Source: SAR86 cluster bacterium (GTDB lineage: Bacteria; Pseudomonadota; Gammaproteobacteria; Magnimaribacterales; AG-339-G14). From it: a stretch of 64,000 bases of DNA. The notes under the pieces were generated by a model, which had not been told where the DNA came from, did no database searches, and saw only the letters and a list, made by a program, of their open reading frames with translations. The stretch lies in NCBI GenBank assembly GCA_028135785.1, contig JAOIHS010000004.1, positions 7,567-71,566 of the forward strand, given 5' to 3'. This document shows positions 55,201 through 64,000 of the stretch, piece after piece (position 1 is the first letter of the stretch; every line of letters starts with the position of its first letter). The position numbers and the translations under genes are program-made.

Positions 55201-55322
55201 GATCCTGTATCAATTGGAGTACCTTTAATCAAAGAACCAATTACAGTGACAGACTCATCTTGCGCAAAAGTCGAATAAGAAATAAAACTTACTACGACGG
55301 TTATTAAGATTTTTTTAAACAT
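52233..55322 (-). CDS. TonB-dependent receptor
   Basis: Signal peptide, VTVIGS, NLRGLGTQRTLVLINGKR, YGSDAISGVVNF plug motifs. Confidence 0.93.
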   Translation of the reverse strand: MFKKILITVVVSFISYSTFAQDESVTVIGSLIKGTPIDTGSPIQKIDSDTIESQGNLNIVELIKMVPGSSGVDGESNQFGSNGAEGLSNINLRGLGTQRTLVLINGKRQVTAPLSTGAGRSVNLHDIPMAALRSVEILKEGAAATYGSDAISGVVNFITDSTFEGFKANFAGKSIPDADDESQEFSLTYGTLIGDTNFVASLGYQFKGQLAARDTSYAIKPFSASDKGGWSTMGNPGTFVHPDGASNAALGLGNFSMLSDPGCNNAGGTNTALGGFGTSVADHASLAGICRYQYSYFDNVQEEQENTQLWMEANGDINGHDFHVEFLYGNTDVPHWATSPSYPPNNPASNTMPDNHPAMTQLCTDYAAFCTALINTNYGGDGTDRADIHRLRIRAMAAAGNPFGSARGAQTESREYDTFRIAGAFEGDLTDDIQYSTSLNYSTSEGETTSSDTQQHKFLSSLWGYGGPSCDVELTGLTTSTSDLTPTFKVKSTGAAIAASTVQGTSRPTGCNYYNPLSNGVQQGQQRDFTTGQRVAVNPDYTASLANTTEMLRWLIDQRITVSESTLLTADFIVQGNYSNFELDGGDAAWALGYERREYNITTFTPNRAGPTANNANTNIHNGTLYPCDIPANNATESGRAACAANPVGLFMFLAPTFDVDQDQNIDAFFGELALPINDALDMQIGLRYEDYGTDSTLDPKLVVRYSPMDSLTMRFTGQTTFRAPHPDETSNTRVTALSYVNQAGAFKGVDITGNKNLSPEEATTFNVGLVTDFGTDNWSATLDFYDFNFKNPIIFENHQQLVNAYAAGGAAKAAVQGQIFTPDGAGGLVADGSGAAGNVARIQSNYINGPETNTNGIDLFVQYEMDIANGSLAAGIEANEILEYSVAAYMKGSVQIAAAYECAGYFNIENTCRSMPSRKAKAFVSYTDNIHNVYGAVNYISSYDDRRATGAGCSKVLDAEGICTVIGDMVSVDATYTYTMDDQFDLSLSVYNMLDEMPPFTVWEMNYDPNTHSPLGRFIKAGFTYRMQ

Positions 55323-55402
55323 TCATCCCCCCAGGATTTTTTTATTTAGTCAACAAAAGTACATCAATAAGAACTAACAAACAAGAGATATTTTTAAAAA
55401 TT

Positions 55403-55421
55403 TAATGACATAATGTCATTA
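55403..55421. promoter_or_regulatory. Perfect palindromic operator-like site upstream of TBDR
   Basis: TAATGACA-TAA-TGTCATTA. Confidence 0.45.
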
Positions 55422-55440
55422 TAGCAATCCATTAATTTTA

Positions 55441-56313
55441 TTATTTTAATGATCTAATTAAACCTTCTTGGACAGCAGAGGCCACTAAGATTCCTTCTTG
55501 AGTATAGATGTTTCCTCTATTAAAACCATTCGCATTACTCGCGCTTGGACTATCGAGAGCATAAAGAAGCCATTCATCTGCTCTAAATTCTCTGTGAAAC
55601 CACATTGCGTGATCTAGGCTCGCTGCTTGGATTGTTCTATTGAAAGCGCCCCATCCTATTCCATGTGGTTTTTGACAAGTACTCATTAAGCCCATATCGG
55701 ATGCATAAGCTAAAACAGCTTGGTGAACTAGGTAATTATCTGGCAATTTTCCTTTAGCTTTAATCCACATGTGTTTAACAGGAGGCCCTACTTCTTTAGT
55801 AAAAGGATCCCATGGCTCGACATTTTTAATTTCTATAGGCTTATCTCTTAAAAATACATCTAGCATTTCTTTAGGAATCTTATCCTTAGCTTCTTCTCTA
55901 ATCTGCCTATCACTTTTCAATGATTCAGGACCTGGCACATCTGGCATTTCAAATTGATGTTCGAAACCCTCTTCTTTAACCTTAAAGGAAACCGACATAT
56001 TAAAAATGAATTCTCCGTTTTGAATTGCATTAACAGTCCTTGTTGTAAAACTCTTTCCGTCTCTTATTCTTTCTACATTATAGAGAATTGGCATATCGAT
56101 TCGCCCTGGTCTTAAAAAATATGCGTGTAAGGAATGCGCAATCCTTGAAGATTCGACAGTCTGGTGCGCTGCGCTCAGCGCTTGACCTATAACCTGACCT
56201 CCAAAAACTCTTCCCCAAGCCGTTTGTTCGCTTTGACCGCGAAAAAGATTTTCTTCAAATTTTTCTAATGCCAAGGTTTTTACTAACTCATCTAGTAACT
56301 TTTGATCTGTCAT
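55441..56313 (-). CDS. tesB: Acyl-CoA thioesterase II
   Basis: VFGGQV, HSLHAYF, YASD, ASLDHAMWFH, QEGLIR. Confidence 0.95.
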   Translation of the reverse strand: MTDQKLLDELVKTLALEKFEENLFRGQSEQTAWGRVFGGQVIGQALSAAHQTVESSRIAHSLHAYFLRPGRIDMPILYNVERIRDGKSFTTRTVNAIQNGEFIFNMSVSFKVKEEGFEHQFEMPDVPGPESLKSDRQIREEAKDKIPKEMLDVFLRDKPIEIKNVEPWDPFTKEVGPPVKHMWIKAKGKLPDNYLVHQAVLAYASDMGLMSTCQKPHGIGWGAFNRTIQAASLDHAMWFHREFRADEWLLYALDSPSASNANGFNRGNIYTQEGILVASAVQEGLIRSLK

Positions 56314-56315
56314 GT

Positions 56316-57104
56316 TTAATCCTTTATTGAATGATCGACTGTTTTTGCAGGAGAGTCTGTAGATGGGTGCCCGACAATAACTGCAGGAACTCCAGCCACA
56401 GTGGTATTCATTGGAACATCTTCTAGCACCACGCTGCCGGCTGCTATTTTTGCCCCTTCACCAATTTCGACGTTACCGATGATCTTTGCTCCCGCACTAA
56501 TTAAAACTCCTTTTCTAACTTTTGGATGTCGATCACCTGTAATTTTTCCAGTTCCTCCTAAAGTCACTCCTTGAAAGATAGATACGTCGTCTTCAACCAC
56601 GCTAGTTTCTCCAATAACTATGCCAGTTGCATGATCCAACATAACACCATTGCCAATTGAAGCAGCTGGGTGAATATCAACTCCATAGATTTTCGATGCT
56701 TGGCTTTGTAAAAAGTAAGCCATAAAAGTTTTTTCAAGTTTTGCAAAATTACTCGCAGCTCGGTGAGATTGCAAAGCTAGAAATCCTTTTGAAAATAAAA
56801 GCGTTAGTAAATAACCTTGTGATGCAGGGTCTCTTTTTTTAACCGCTCTTAAGTCTTTGATAACTCCCGCTAGAATATTTTCTTTTTGAAATACTTTTTC
56901 TAATTCTTTTTTGAGAAAGCTATCGCTAAAACCTTCTTCATCATCATCGCAAGCTAAATCCTCAGCTAATCTAAAAGACAGCGCTTCACCGAGACCTTTA
57001 TAAGGGAAGACATGCGCTTGGAGAAATACTCCAGCATGAGAATCTTCGTCAGCAAATTTCTTTGCTTCATCTTCAATTTCAGACCAAATCTTTAGTGCAT
57101 CCAT
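56316..57104 (-). CDS. cysE: Serine O-acetyltransferase
   Basis: RDPA, DIHPAA, DHATGIVIGET, DRHPK. Confidence 0.95.
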   Translation of the reverse strand: MDALKIWSEIEDEAKKFADEDSHAGVFLQAHVFPYKGLGEALSFRLAEDLACDDDEEGFSDSFLKKELEKVFQKENILAGVIKDLRAVKKRDPASQGYLLTLLFSKGFLALQSHRAASNFAKLEKTFMAYFLQSQASKIYGVDIHPAASIGNGVMLDHATGIVIGETSVVEDDVSIFQGVTLGGTGKITGDRHPKVRKGVLISAGAKIIGNVEIGEGAKIAAGSVVLEDVPMNTTVAGVPAVIVGHPSTDSPAKTVDHSIKD

Positions 57105-57206
57105 AATAGTAACTTTAGAGTAAAAATTATAAGGTAAGTTTACTTGAAGACATGGATAATTTCTTGCTGTCTTAGTAAAAAAAAGGATAATACACTCTTT
57201 TATATT

Positions 57207-58196
57207 ATGACCACTTTCACAGATTTTTCGGAAAACACTCCCGACGTCAAAATTAATGTCGGCAAAACCTTTGGAATAAAAGCAGACTTCGAAGTGCCTG
57301 CCTTTGCAAAAGCGAACGAATATGTTCCTAAAATTGATGAATCCTATTGTTTTGATAAGGCAACTACTCTATCTATCCTCGCTGGCTTCTCCAACAACAG
57401 AAGAGTAATGGTTCAGGGTCTTCATGGCTCTGGAAAATCTACTCACATTGAGCAAGTTGCAGCTCGATTAAATTGGCCTTGTGTCAGAGTCAACTTAGAT
57501 AGTCACATCAGCAGATTAGACTTATTAGGTAAGGACGCGATAGTAATTGAAAGTAATAAACAAATCACAAAATTTCAAGAAGGGATTCTGCCATGGGCCA
57601 TTCAGAACCCCACTGCTTTAGTTTTTGATGAATACGATGCAGGAAGACCAGATGTCATGTTCGTAATTCAAAGAGTTTTAGAAGTCGAAGGGAAATTAAC
57701 ATTACTTGACCAAAATAGAGTTCTTACTCCAAATCCTTTTTTTAGACTCTTTGCTACTGCTAACACCGTCGGCTTGGGTGATAGTACTGGTTTATACCAT
57801 GGCACCCAGCAAATAAACCAAGGTCAAATGGATAGGTGGCAAATAGTATCTTGTCTTAATTATTTAACTGTTGAGTTGGAAACCAAGGTGATTCTCTCGA
57901 AGGTTCCTGAGCTTAATAATAAGAAAGGCCTGTCTGTGGTGAAAAATATGATCGAATTGGCAAATTTAACCAGAGAAGGTTTTAAAAATAGTGATATATC
58001 TAATTTAATGTCACCTAGAACAGTAATCAGTTGGGCTGAGAATTTCCAAATTTTTTCAGATCTAGCTATTTCATTTGAACTAAGTTTTTTAAACAAGTGT
58101 GACGAAACTGAAAAGCCCATAATTTCTGAATATTTTCAAAGATGTTTTGACATTGAAGTTGCTGACTCGGTTTCAAAGTTAATAGATAAGGATTGA
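57207..58196 (+). CDS. cobS: CobS-type AAA+ ATPase
   Basis: [51 protein letters not shown]. Confidence 0.92.
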   Translation: MTTFTDFSENTPDVKINVGKTFGIKADFEVPAFAKANEYVPKIDESYCFDKATTLSILAGFSNNRRVMVQGLHGSGKSTHIEQVAARLNWPCVRVNLDSHISRLDLLGKDAIVIESNKQITKFQEGILPWAIQNPTALVFDEYDAGRPDVMFVIQRVLEVEGKLTLLDQNRVLTPNPFFRLFATANTVGLGDSTGLYHGTQQINQGQMDRWQIVSCLNYLTVELETKVILSKVPELNNKKGLSVVKNMIELANLTREGFKNSDISNLMSPRTVISWAENFQIFSDLAISFELSFLNKCDETEKPIISEYFQRCFDIEVADSVSKLIDKD

Positions 58197-59947
58197 GCGA
58201 TAAATCTTCAGACCAAGTAATAAAAGATGCTCTGTCGTCTTCCACGAGAGCTATTTCTAAAAATAAAGAATTAGAGCTGAGTTTTGGCATAGACTCGATA
58301 TCTTCCAATTCAATTCCTAAAGTATCTTCCTCTAAAGAAGAGCTTGTATTTTCTAGGGGCAAATCAGATAAGATTGCTTTGAAGGAAAAATATTCATTTG
58401 AGTCACCTAACAAAGTGACTGGCGTTGCAGAATTGGATCAAATTTTAATTGACCAAAATGAGATAAGACTGGAAATTTTAGGTTCATTGCAATTTAATGG
58501 TGTTAAAAATAATTTGCATTCTGTCTTTCTAGAATCATTAAAAGATTTCGCTCCCGAGACACCTCTTCAAAATGCGAGTAAAGCCTTGCAAATTTGGCTC
58601 AAGCAAAATATTTTAGAGCTTGATTTAACTCCCAAAGAAGAAGGTTTTTTAAAGCCTTTGAAAAAAGATTTAGATGCTATTGAAAAAAAATATATTCCTC
58701 GCATTAAAGAATCGCTTGAAATTAAAGACGACTATCTGGCTGAAATACAAGAAGTGTTAAACGCTCTTAATATTTCATTTGATGAAGAAAAAGAACAAGA
58801 AGAAGAGGAGTCTTCATCTGATCAAGAAGATCAAAGTGACTCTGAACAAGAAGATAATCAAGATGAAGATCAATCTGAAGAAAGCACCCCCTCAGAACCC
58901 GAAGAAGCTCAGAATGAATCCTCAGAAGATTTTGATATGGAAGATGGAGAAACTGAAGAAACTGAAGAAGAATGGTTAGAAAATAGATCAAAATTAGAAG
59001 AACTTTTAGGTCAAGTTAAAGAGATTGAATATAAGGTTTTTTCAAGAGATTATGATGAAACTATTGATGCTGAAGATTTGTGTTCAGCCGAAGAACTAAG
59101 AAGACTAAGAACACGGTTAGATCAACTCATAGATCCCAGTAAATCCGTTATAGCAAAGTTGGCAAATCGTTTACAAAGATTACTTTTAGCCCAACAAAAT
59201 CGATCATGGGAGTACGATAAGGATGAGGGTATTTTGGATACTTCAAAATTGCATAAAATTATTACCGACCCGCTTACCTCTCTAAGTTTTAAACAAGAAA
59301 AAGATACTAAATTTAAAGATACGGTTGTTACTATTTTAGTAGATAGTTCTGGCTCGATGAGAGGAAGGTCGATGACTACCGCTGCTATTTCTGCAGACAT
59401 TATTGGAGCCACCTTAGATAGATGTAATATCAAAACTGAAATACTAGGATTCACTACTAAACATTGGAAAGGTGGAGAAAGCAGAAAATTGTGGGTTGAA
59501 TGTGGAAAACCTAATAATCCTGGCCGATTAAATGATTTACGTCATATTATATTCAAACCTGCAGACCTAGCTTGGAGAAGAGCAAAAAAAAATCTTGGCT
59601 TGATGTTAAGAGAGGGCTTGCTTAAAGAGAACGTAGATGGCGAAGCTCTGTTATGGGCTTGTGGTAGATTGTTTAAAAGACCTGAACAGAGACAAATACT
59701 TATGGTCATTTCAGATGGTGCGCCTGTTGATGACAGCACACTATCGACAAACTCAACTAGTTATTTAGATAATCATCTAAAAAATGTCATAAAAGAGATA
59801 GAAAATAAAACTGATATAGATCTTATAGCCATTGGAATTGGTCATGATGTAACTAGGTATTATTCAAAGGCCGTGACTATTCACAGAGCTGAAGAACTTG
59901 GTGGTGTAATGCTAGAACAACTCACTGAATTATTTATTACAAATTAA
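58193..59947 (+). CDS. cobT: CobT-type VWA-domain protein
   Basis: Acidic linker, [43 protein letters not shown]. Confidence 0.92.
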   Translation: MSDKSSDQVIKDALSSSTRAISKNKELELSFGIDSISSNSIPKVSSSKEELVFSRGKSDKIALKEKYSFESPNKVTGVAELDQILIDQNEIRLEILGSLQFNGVKNNLHSVFLESLKDFAPETPLQNASKALQIWLKQNILELDLTPKEEGFLKPLKKDLDAIEKKYIPRIKESLEIKDDYLAEIQEVLNALNISFDEEKEQEEEESSSDQEDQSDSEQEDNQDEDQSEESTPSEPEEAQNESSEDFDMEDGETEETEEEWLENRSKLEELLGQVKEIEYKVFSRDYDETIDAEDLCSAEELRRLRTRLDQLIDPSKSVIAKLANRLQRLLLAQQNRSWEYDKDEGILDTSKLHKIITDPLTSLSFKQEKDTKFKDTVVTILVDSSGSMRGRSMTTAAISADIIGATLDRCNIKTEILGFTTKHWKGGESRKLWVECGKPNNPGRLNDLRHIIFKPADLAWRRAKKNLGLMLREGLLKENVDGEALLWACGRLFKRPEQRQILMVISDGAPVDDSTLSTNSTSYLDNHLKNVIKEIENKTDIDLIAIGIGHDVTRYYSKAVTIHRAEELGGVMLEQLTELFITN

Positions 59948-59993
59948 CTAAGTAATTTCATAAAATATCCGTATCTGATTCGTGCAATTTTCA

Positions 59994-60022
59994 TTGACAT
60001 ACAGGGGTAAAAAGCCTAAATT
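59994..60022 (+). promoter_or_regulatory. Sigma70-type promoter, probably giving a leaderless mRNA
   Basis: TTGACA-17nt-TAAATT ending 6 nt before ATG 60029. Confidence 0.65.
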
Positions 60023-60028
60023 TTTGCT

Positions 60029-61225
60029 ATGAAAATTACAAAAACTGATAGTCCTCCTAAAGATTTGGTTTATTTTGGTGAGGCAAAACAAGAAAACCAC
60101 CCAGATGAAGAATTAGATTTGTCTCCTAAACAAGTTGAAGATGTTGTAGAAATATTCAACACACCTCTAACAGGCTCATATAACTGGGATTACACTGTTG
60201 CAGATAACAGAATAAAAAAACTTTACGAACTGGGTAAAGAAATGAACTGGAATGGTTCGATTGATTTGGATTGGGATTATAACCACCCAGCAGATGAGAA
60301 ACTAATGGGCATTGAAGGCTTTTCTCCGCCGCATGAAGAATTGGATGCTTATAAAAATCTGTCTCCAGAAGAAAAAATAGAGTTTGATCGTCATGAAACT
60401 GCTGAAGTTCTTTCACAGTTTTTACATGGTGAACAAGGTGCCTTGCTGGTTGCCTCTCAATTGGCTAATTGTGCGCCCACTTTCAACGCTAAGCTTTATG
60501 CAGCATCACAAACTTTTGATGAGGCTAGACATGTAGAGGTTTTTAATAGATATCTTCAAGAGAAAGTAGGATATCACTACCCTATCAATCCTAATTTAAA
60601 AGCCTTATTAGATAAAATTCTTACCGATCCTAGATGGGATCTTAAATTCATTGGTATGCAAATCATCATAGAAGGGTTGGCTTTGGCAGCTTTTACAAAT
60701 ATGAAGTTATCGGCCAAAGATCCTTTATTAAAAACTCTTCTTCACTACGTAATTAGAGATGAAGCAAGACATGTAACTTTCGGCATTAATTACCTCGAAG
60801 ACTTCGTTACAACGCTTTCTCCTGAAGAAATAGAAGATAGAGCTCAATTTGCTTATGAAGCTTGCGTTATTTCCAGAGAAAGATTGAGTAATAATAAAGC
60901 TATGTCTAAATACCTAAATATGACAGAAGAAGAAGCCAGAAAATTCCAATTGGAAAACGGTGCTATGGATCAATTTAGAAGTTTCTTATTTTCAAGAGTG
61001 ATGCCTAATCTTAAAAAGATAGGTCTTCTTACTGACAGTGTTAGACCTAAATATGAAGCTTTGGGAATATTAGAGTATGAACATGCTCCAAGTGACTTTG
61101 AGATTGACTGGGCAGAAATAACCAAACCGCTAGAGACTTCTGAAGAAGTCAAAAAAGAATCTGATGAAATGCTAGCTTCAATTCAAGCTCAAGCAGCTGC
61201 ATCAGAAGCATCAGCTAATAGCTAA
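60029..61225 (+). CDS. Ferritin-like diiron protein (AurF-like oxygenase superfamily)
   Basis: Two E...DEARH motifs: HGEQGA...DEARH and IEGLA...DEARH. Confidence 0.82.
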   Translation: MKITKTDSPPKDLVYFGEAKQENHPDEELDLSPKQVEDVVEIFNTPLTGSYNWDYTVADNRIKKLYELGKEMNWNGSIDLDWDYNHPADEKLMGIEGFSPPHEELDAYKNLSPEEKIEFDRHETAEVLSQFLHGEQGALLVASQLANCAPTFNAKLYAASQTFDEARHVEVFNRYLQEKVGYHYPINPNLKALLDKILTDPRWDLKFIGMQIIIEGLALAAFTNMKLSAKDPLLKTLLHYVIRDEARHVTFGINYLEDFVTTLSPEEIEDRAQFAYEACVISRERLSNNKAMSKYLNMTEEEARKFQLENGAMDQFRSFLFSRVMPNLKKIGLLTDSVRPKYEALGILEYEHAPSDFEIDWAEITKPLETSEEVKKESDEMLASIQAQAAASEASANS

Positions 61226-61236
61226 TCTACTCTTTA

Positions 61237-61851
61237 ATGGGCGCCCTGATTGATTTAAATTTAATCAAATCAGCGCCTATTAACGACACTTATTTTCCAT
61301 ATTTTGCAGTCGAAAACTGCATTACAGAAGAAGGGCAATCACTGCCTGAAGAATTTCCTGACTTAACTAAAGGGGGGAGTTATCCTAGCGACATGCCTGG
61401 TCTTTCTGAAAATATTAAAAACCTCATATCAGAAATAGAAAGTGAAGAGATGCAAAAGGTGCTTTCTGAAAAATTTAAAATTAATTTAGATGATGTTGAG
61501 ATCATAACTACTCTCAGAGGCTATTCAAGATTAAAAGATGGTCAGATTCATACAGATTCAAAAACAAAGCTTCTCACTATGTTGTTATATTTAAATGAAA
61601 GTTGGGAAGAAAATACTGGATTACTTAGAATGCTTAAAAATAATAATGACCTAGAAGACTATATTGAAGAGCTACCAGCTACTTTAGGAAGTTTGGTCGT
61701 ATTCAAAGTTACGGAAAACTGTTGGCATGGTTTTCATCCCTTCGAAGGAAAAAGACTCTCTCTGCAAATGAACTACATAAAAAAAGAATCTGCCTCACAA
61801 CATAAAATTAGACACGGATTAAGTTCTTTTATTAAAAAGCTATTTAAGTAA
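61237..61851 (+). CDS. 2OG-Fe(II) oxygenase
   Basis: HTD, LLYLN, WHG, RLS motifs. Confidence 0.85.
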   Translation: MGALIDLNLIKSAPINDTYFPYFAVENCITEEGQSLPEEFPDLTKGGSYPSDMPGLSENIKNLISEIESEEMQKVLSEKFKINLDDVEIITTLRGYSRLKDGQIHTDSKTKLLTMLLYLNESWEENTGLLRMLKNNNDLEDYIEELPATLGSLVVFKVTENCWHGFHPFEGKRLSLQMNYIKKESASQHKIRHGLSSFIKKLFK

Positions 61852-61863
61852 AAATAGCTAAAC

Positions 61864-62667
61864 ATGAGCAAAATAAGCCTAGGCATAGATTTTGGAATTA
61901 CTAATACTGATTTGGTAATCTGTCATCACAATCAAATAAGCTATCTTTCCTTTCCTTCCAATGAAGTAAATCTTCAAAATTTAAAAAAGCTAATTTTACA
62001 AAGTAATTTGAATCTCAGTGAGATAGAAACAATTGGTGTAACGGGCGGAAGGCACTTCGATTTACCGAATTTGCTAAACGATATACCTATTACTCATTTT
62101 AATGAATTGGATGCCATTGGGAGAGGCGCTCAATCATTGAGTAAAAATAAAATAGAAAATTTCTTGGTTATAAGTGCTGGATCTGGAACTGCATGTGTTT
62201 TAAAAAAAGAAAATAAGTTTGTGCATGCTGGTGGCACTGGGCTTGGCGGGGGAACTATTAGAGGATTGTGTAATCTTCTTATTAAAGAAAATGATCCTGA
62301 AAAAATAAATAAACTTTCTTTAGAGGGTGATTTCAAAAAAGTAGATTTAATTTTAAAAGATGTAGTGTCAGGCCCAATTGGAAATCTTCCTGAGGAAACA
62401 AGCGCAGTCAACTTTGGAAAAATGAGCACTTCAGATCTTAATAATGCAGATCTTGCTGCGGGGGTAATAAATATGGTGGCGCAAACTATATTAAAAACTG
62501 CAGCTACTGCTGCCATAGTTTCTGGAATATCGAATGTATTAATAATTGGAAGAACTCCTAAATATCAGTTAGTTACCAAACTCTTAAAAGAGGGATTTGA
62601 TCATTTAAATTTAGAATATGAGTTTATCGAAAATGGTGAATATGCCATTTGTCTTGGGACTTTATAG
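61864..62667 (+). CDS. Type II (fumble-like) pantothenate kinase
   Basis: GIDFG, VTGG, NELDA, AGSGT, GGTGLGGGT, VDL, NFGK motifs as in staphylococcal/eukaryotic PanK-II. Confidence 0.78.
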   Translation: MSKISLGIDFGITNTDLVICHHNQISYLSFPSNEVNLQNLKKLILQSNLNLSEIETIGVTGGRHFDLPNLLNDIPITHFNELDAIGRGAQSLSKNKIENFLVISAGSGTACVLKKENKFVHAGGTGLGGGTIRGLCNLLIKENDPEKINKLSLEGDFKKVDLILKDVVSGPIGNLPEETSAVNFGKMSTSDLNNADLAAGVINMVAQTILKTAATAAIVSGISNVLIIGRTPKYQLVTKLLKEGFDHLNLEYEFIENGEYAICLGTL

Positions 62668-62710
62668 TGAAGGGCTTCAACACCCTCCACAAAGTTTTTA
62701 AGTTTTTATT

Positions 62711-62762
62711 TTTTAGTGCCTAGGCATTTATTGAAATAAATATTATTCAAATAAAAAGCCTA
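62711..62762. terminator. AT-rich hairpin between convergent genes
   Basis: TAGGC-ATTTATTGAA...TTCAAATAAAAA-GCCTA imperfect inverted repeat. Confidence 0.35.
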
Positions 62763-62771
62763 CCAAGTTTA

Positions 62772-63107
62772 CTAATCCTTTCTTTTAGAGCACCTATCGA
62801 CGAACTCATCTTGCATGACAATCAATCGACCTTTCGATTGTGCTATTAATTCTTCACTATCTGAGGTGGCAGCACCTACACCAGGTAGAAGGAGGATGTT
62901 AAGTGCAATATCCCAATTTCTTTGAGAAGTTTGGTCTCCACTCAAAGTATTTAAGTTATCAGTTTCTCTATCCATCGAAACTTTTAAAGCATCGCAGCTG
63001 AGACTTACATAAGGTAATTTTGAAACTAGTGCGGGCTGAATTGAAGAAGGTTTAGCAGCACAACTCATAATTCCAAAAATAATTAAAGGTAATATAATTT
63101 TTTTCAT
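62772..63107 (-). CDS. Small lipoprotein of unknown function
   Basis: MKK-hydrophobic-IMSC lipobox; two further Cys. Confidence 0.75.
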   Translation of the reverse strand: MKKIILPLIIFGIMSCAAKPSSIQPALVSKLPYVSLSCDALKVSMDRETDNLNTLSGDQTSQRNWDIALNILLLPGVGAATSDSEELIAQSKGRLIVMQDEFVDRCSKRKD

Positions 63108-63290
63108 AATTAATACCCCAATCTTATAATGACTGCACAGTTTATAAGTGGTGCAGAAGTAGAAAAATTTTTTTTAAGCATAAGGATCCCCTAGATATTA
63201 TCTATAACCTTCTACTTCCGTGGAGAAGAATTTAAATTACACAAATCCTTGTCATAACATTTAAACCCTATTTTATAAAATTATCAAATA

Positions 63291-63324
63291 AAAAAAAGGA
63301 TCTCATAGGAGATCCCTTTTTTTT
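63291..63324 (-). terminator. rRNA operon terminator
   Basis: GGATCTC-ATAG-GAGATCC flanked by A and T runs, directly after the 5S gene. Confidence 0.85.
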
Positions 63325-63332
63325 AATAAGAA

Positions 63333-63448
63333 GTCCGACGATGTCCTACTCTCGCATAGAAAAAACTACACTACCATCGGCGCTAAGTGGTTTCACTTCT
63401 GAGTTCGAAATGGATCAGGTGGGTCACACTTGCTAATGTCATCGGACA
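63333..63448 (-). rRNA. rrf: 5S ribosomal RNA
   Basis: GAACTCAGAAGTGAAAC, GCCGATGGTAGTG, GAGAGTAGG on minus strand; complementary ends. Confidence 0.96.
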
Positions 63449-63537
63449 AAATTCTTATTTGTTGAAAATAAAGTAATCCAACATTTGCTAATAACAAATT
63501 AACTTGACGTTTATTTTCCTAGATGTCTAGAAACATA

Positions 63538-64000
<463 letters not shown>

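Noticed and set aside
58780-58980. GAA/GAT-rich low-complexity stretch and Lys-rich alternative-frame ORF
   Set aside because: Acidic linker normal for CobT; not a repeat array

Overview
AT-rich, very tightly packed chromosomal segment of a streamlined Gammaproteobacterium. A SAR86-like marine lineage is inferred from the low GC, minimal spacers, Cys-rich TonB-dependent receptors (TBDRs) and lipid-catabolic genes. Most of the window is housekeeping: aroG 3' end, RND pump, xseB-ispA-dxs, thiL-pgpA, nth-glyA-nrdR-ribD-ribB-ribH-nusB, miaA-hflKC-hisZ-purA, waaA/lpxL, panBC, ilvE, algC-argB-slmA, mrcA, aroKB, gltBD, tesB, cysE, and the 3' end of an rRNA operon (23S, 5S). No mobile element, tRNA or CRISPR was seen. 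Most worth a second look: (1) an uncharacterised GT4 + methyltransferase + (alpha/alpha)6-barrel + methyltransferase module; (2) a multi-DnaT-domain + lambda-P-like pair with no prophage, a putative domesticated helicase loader; (3) orphan cobS-cobT next to a diiron protein / 2OG-Fe oxygenase / type II pantothenate kinase operon; (4) a decayed TBDR 3' end missing from the ORF track; (5) an in-frame stop in the COG0523 GTPase; (6) recurrent leaderless-type promoters, including a bidirectional one; (7) hfq-hflX, ribC/ribA and pilMNOPQ absent from their usual loci. All product calls come from motif recognition by eye; no database search was run.
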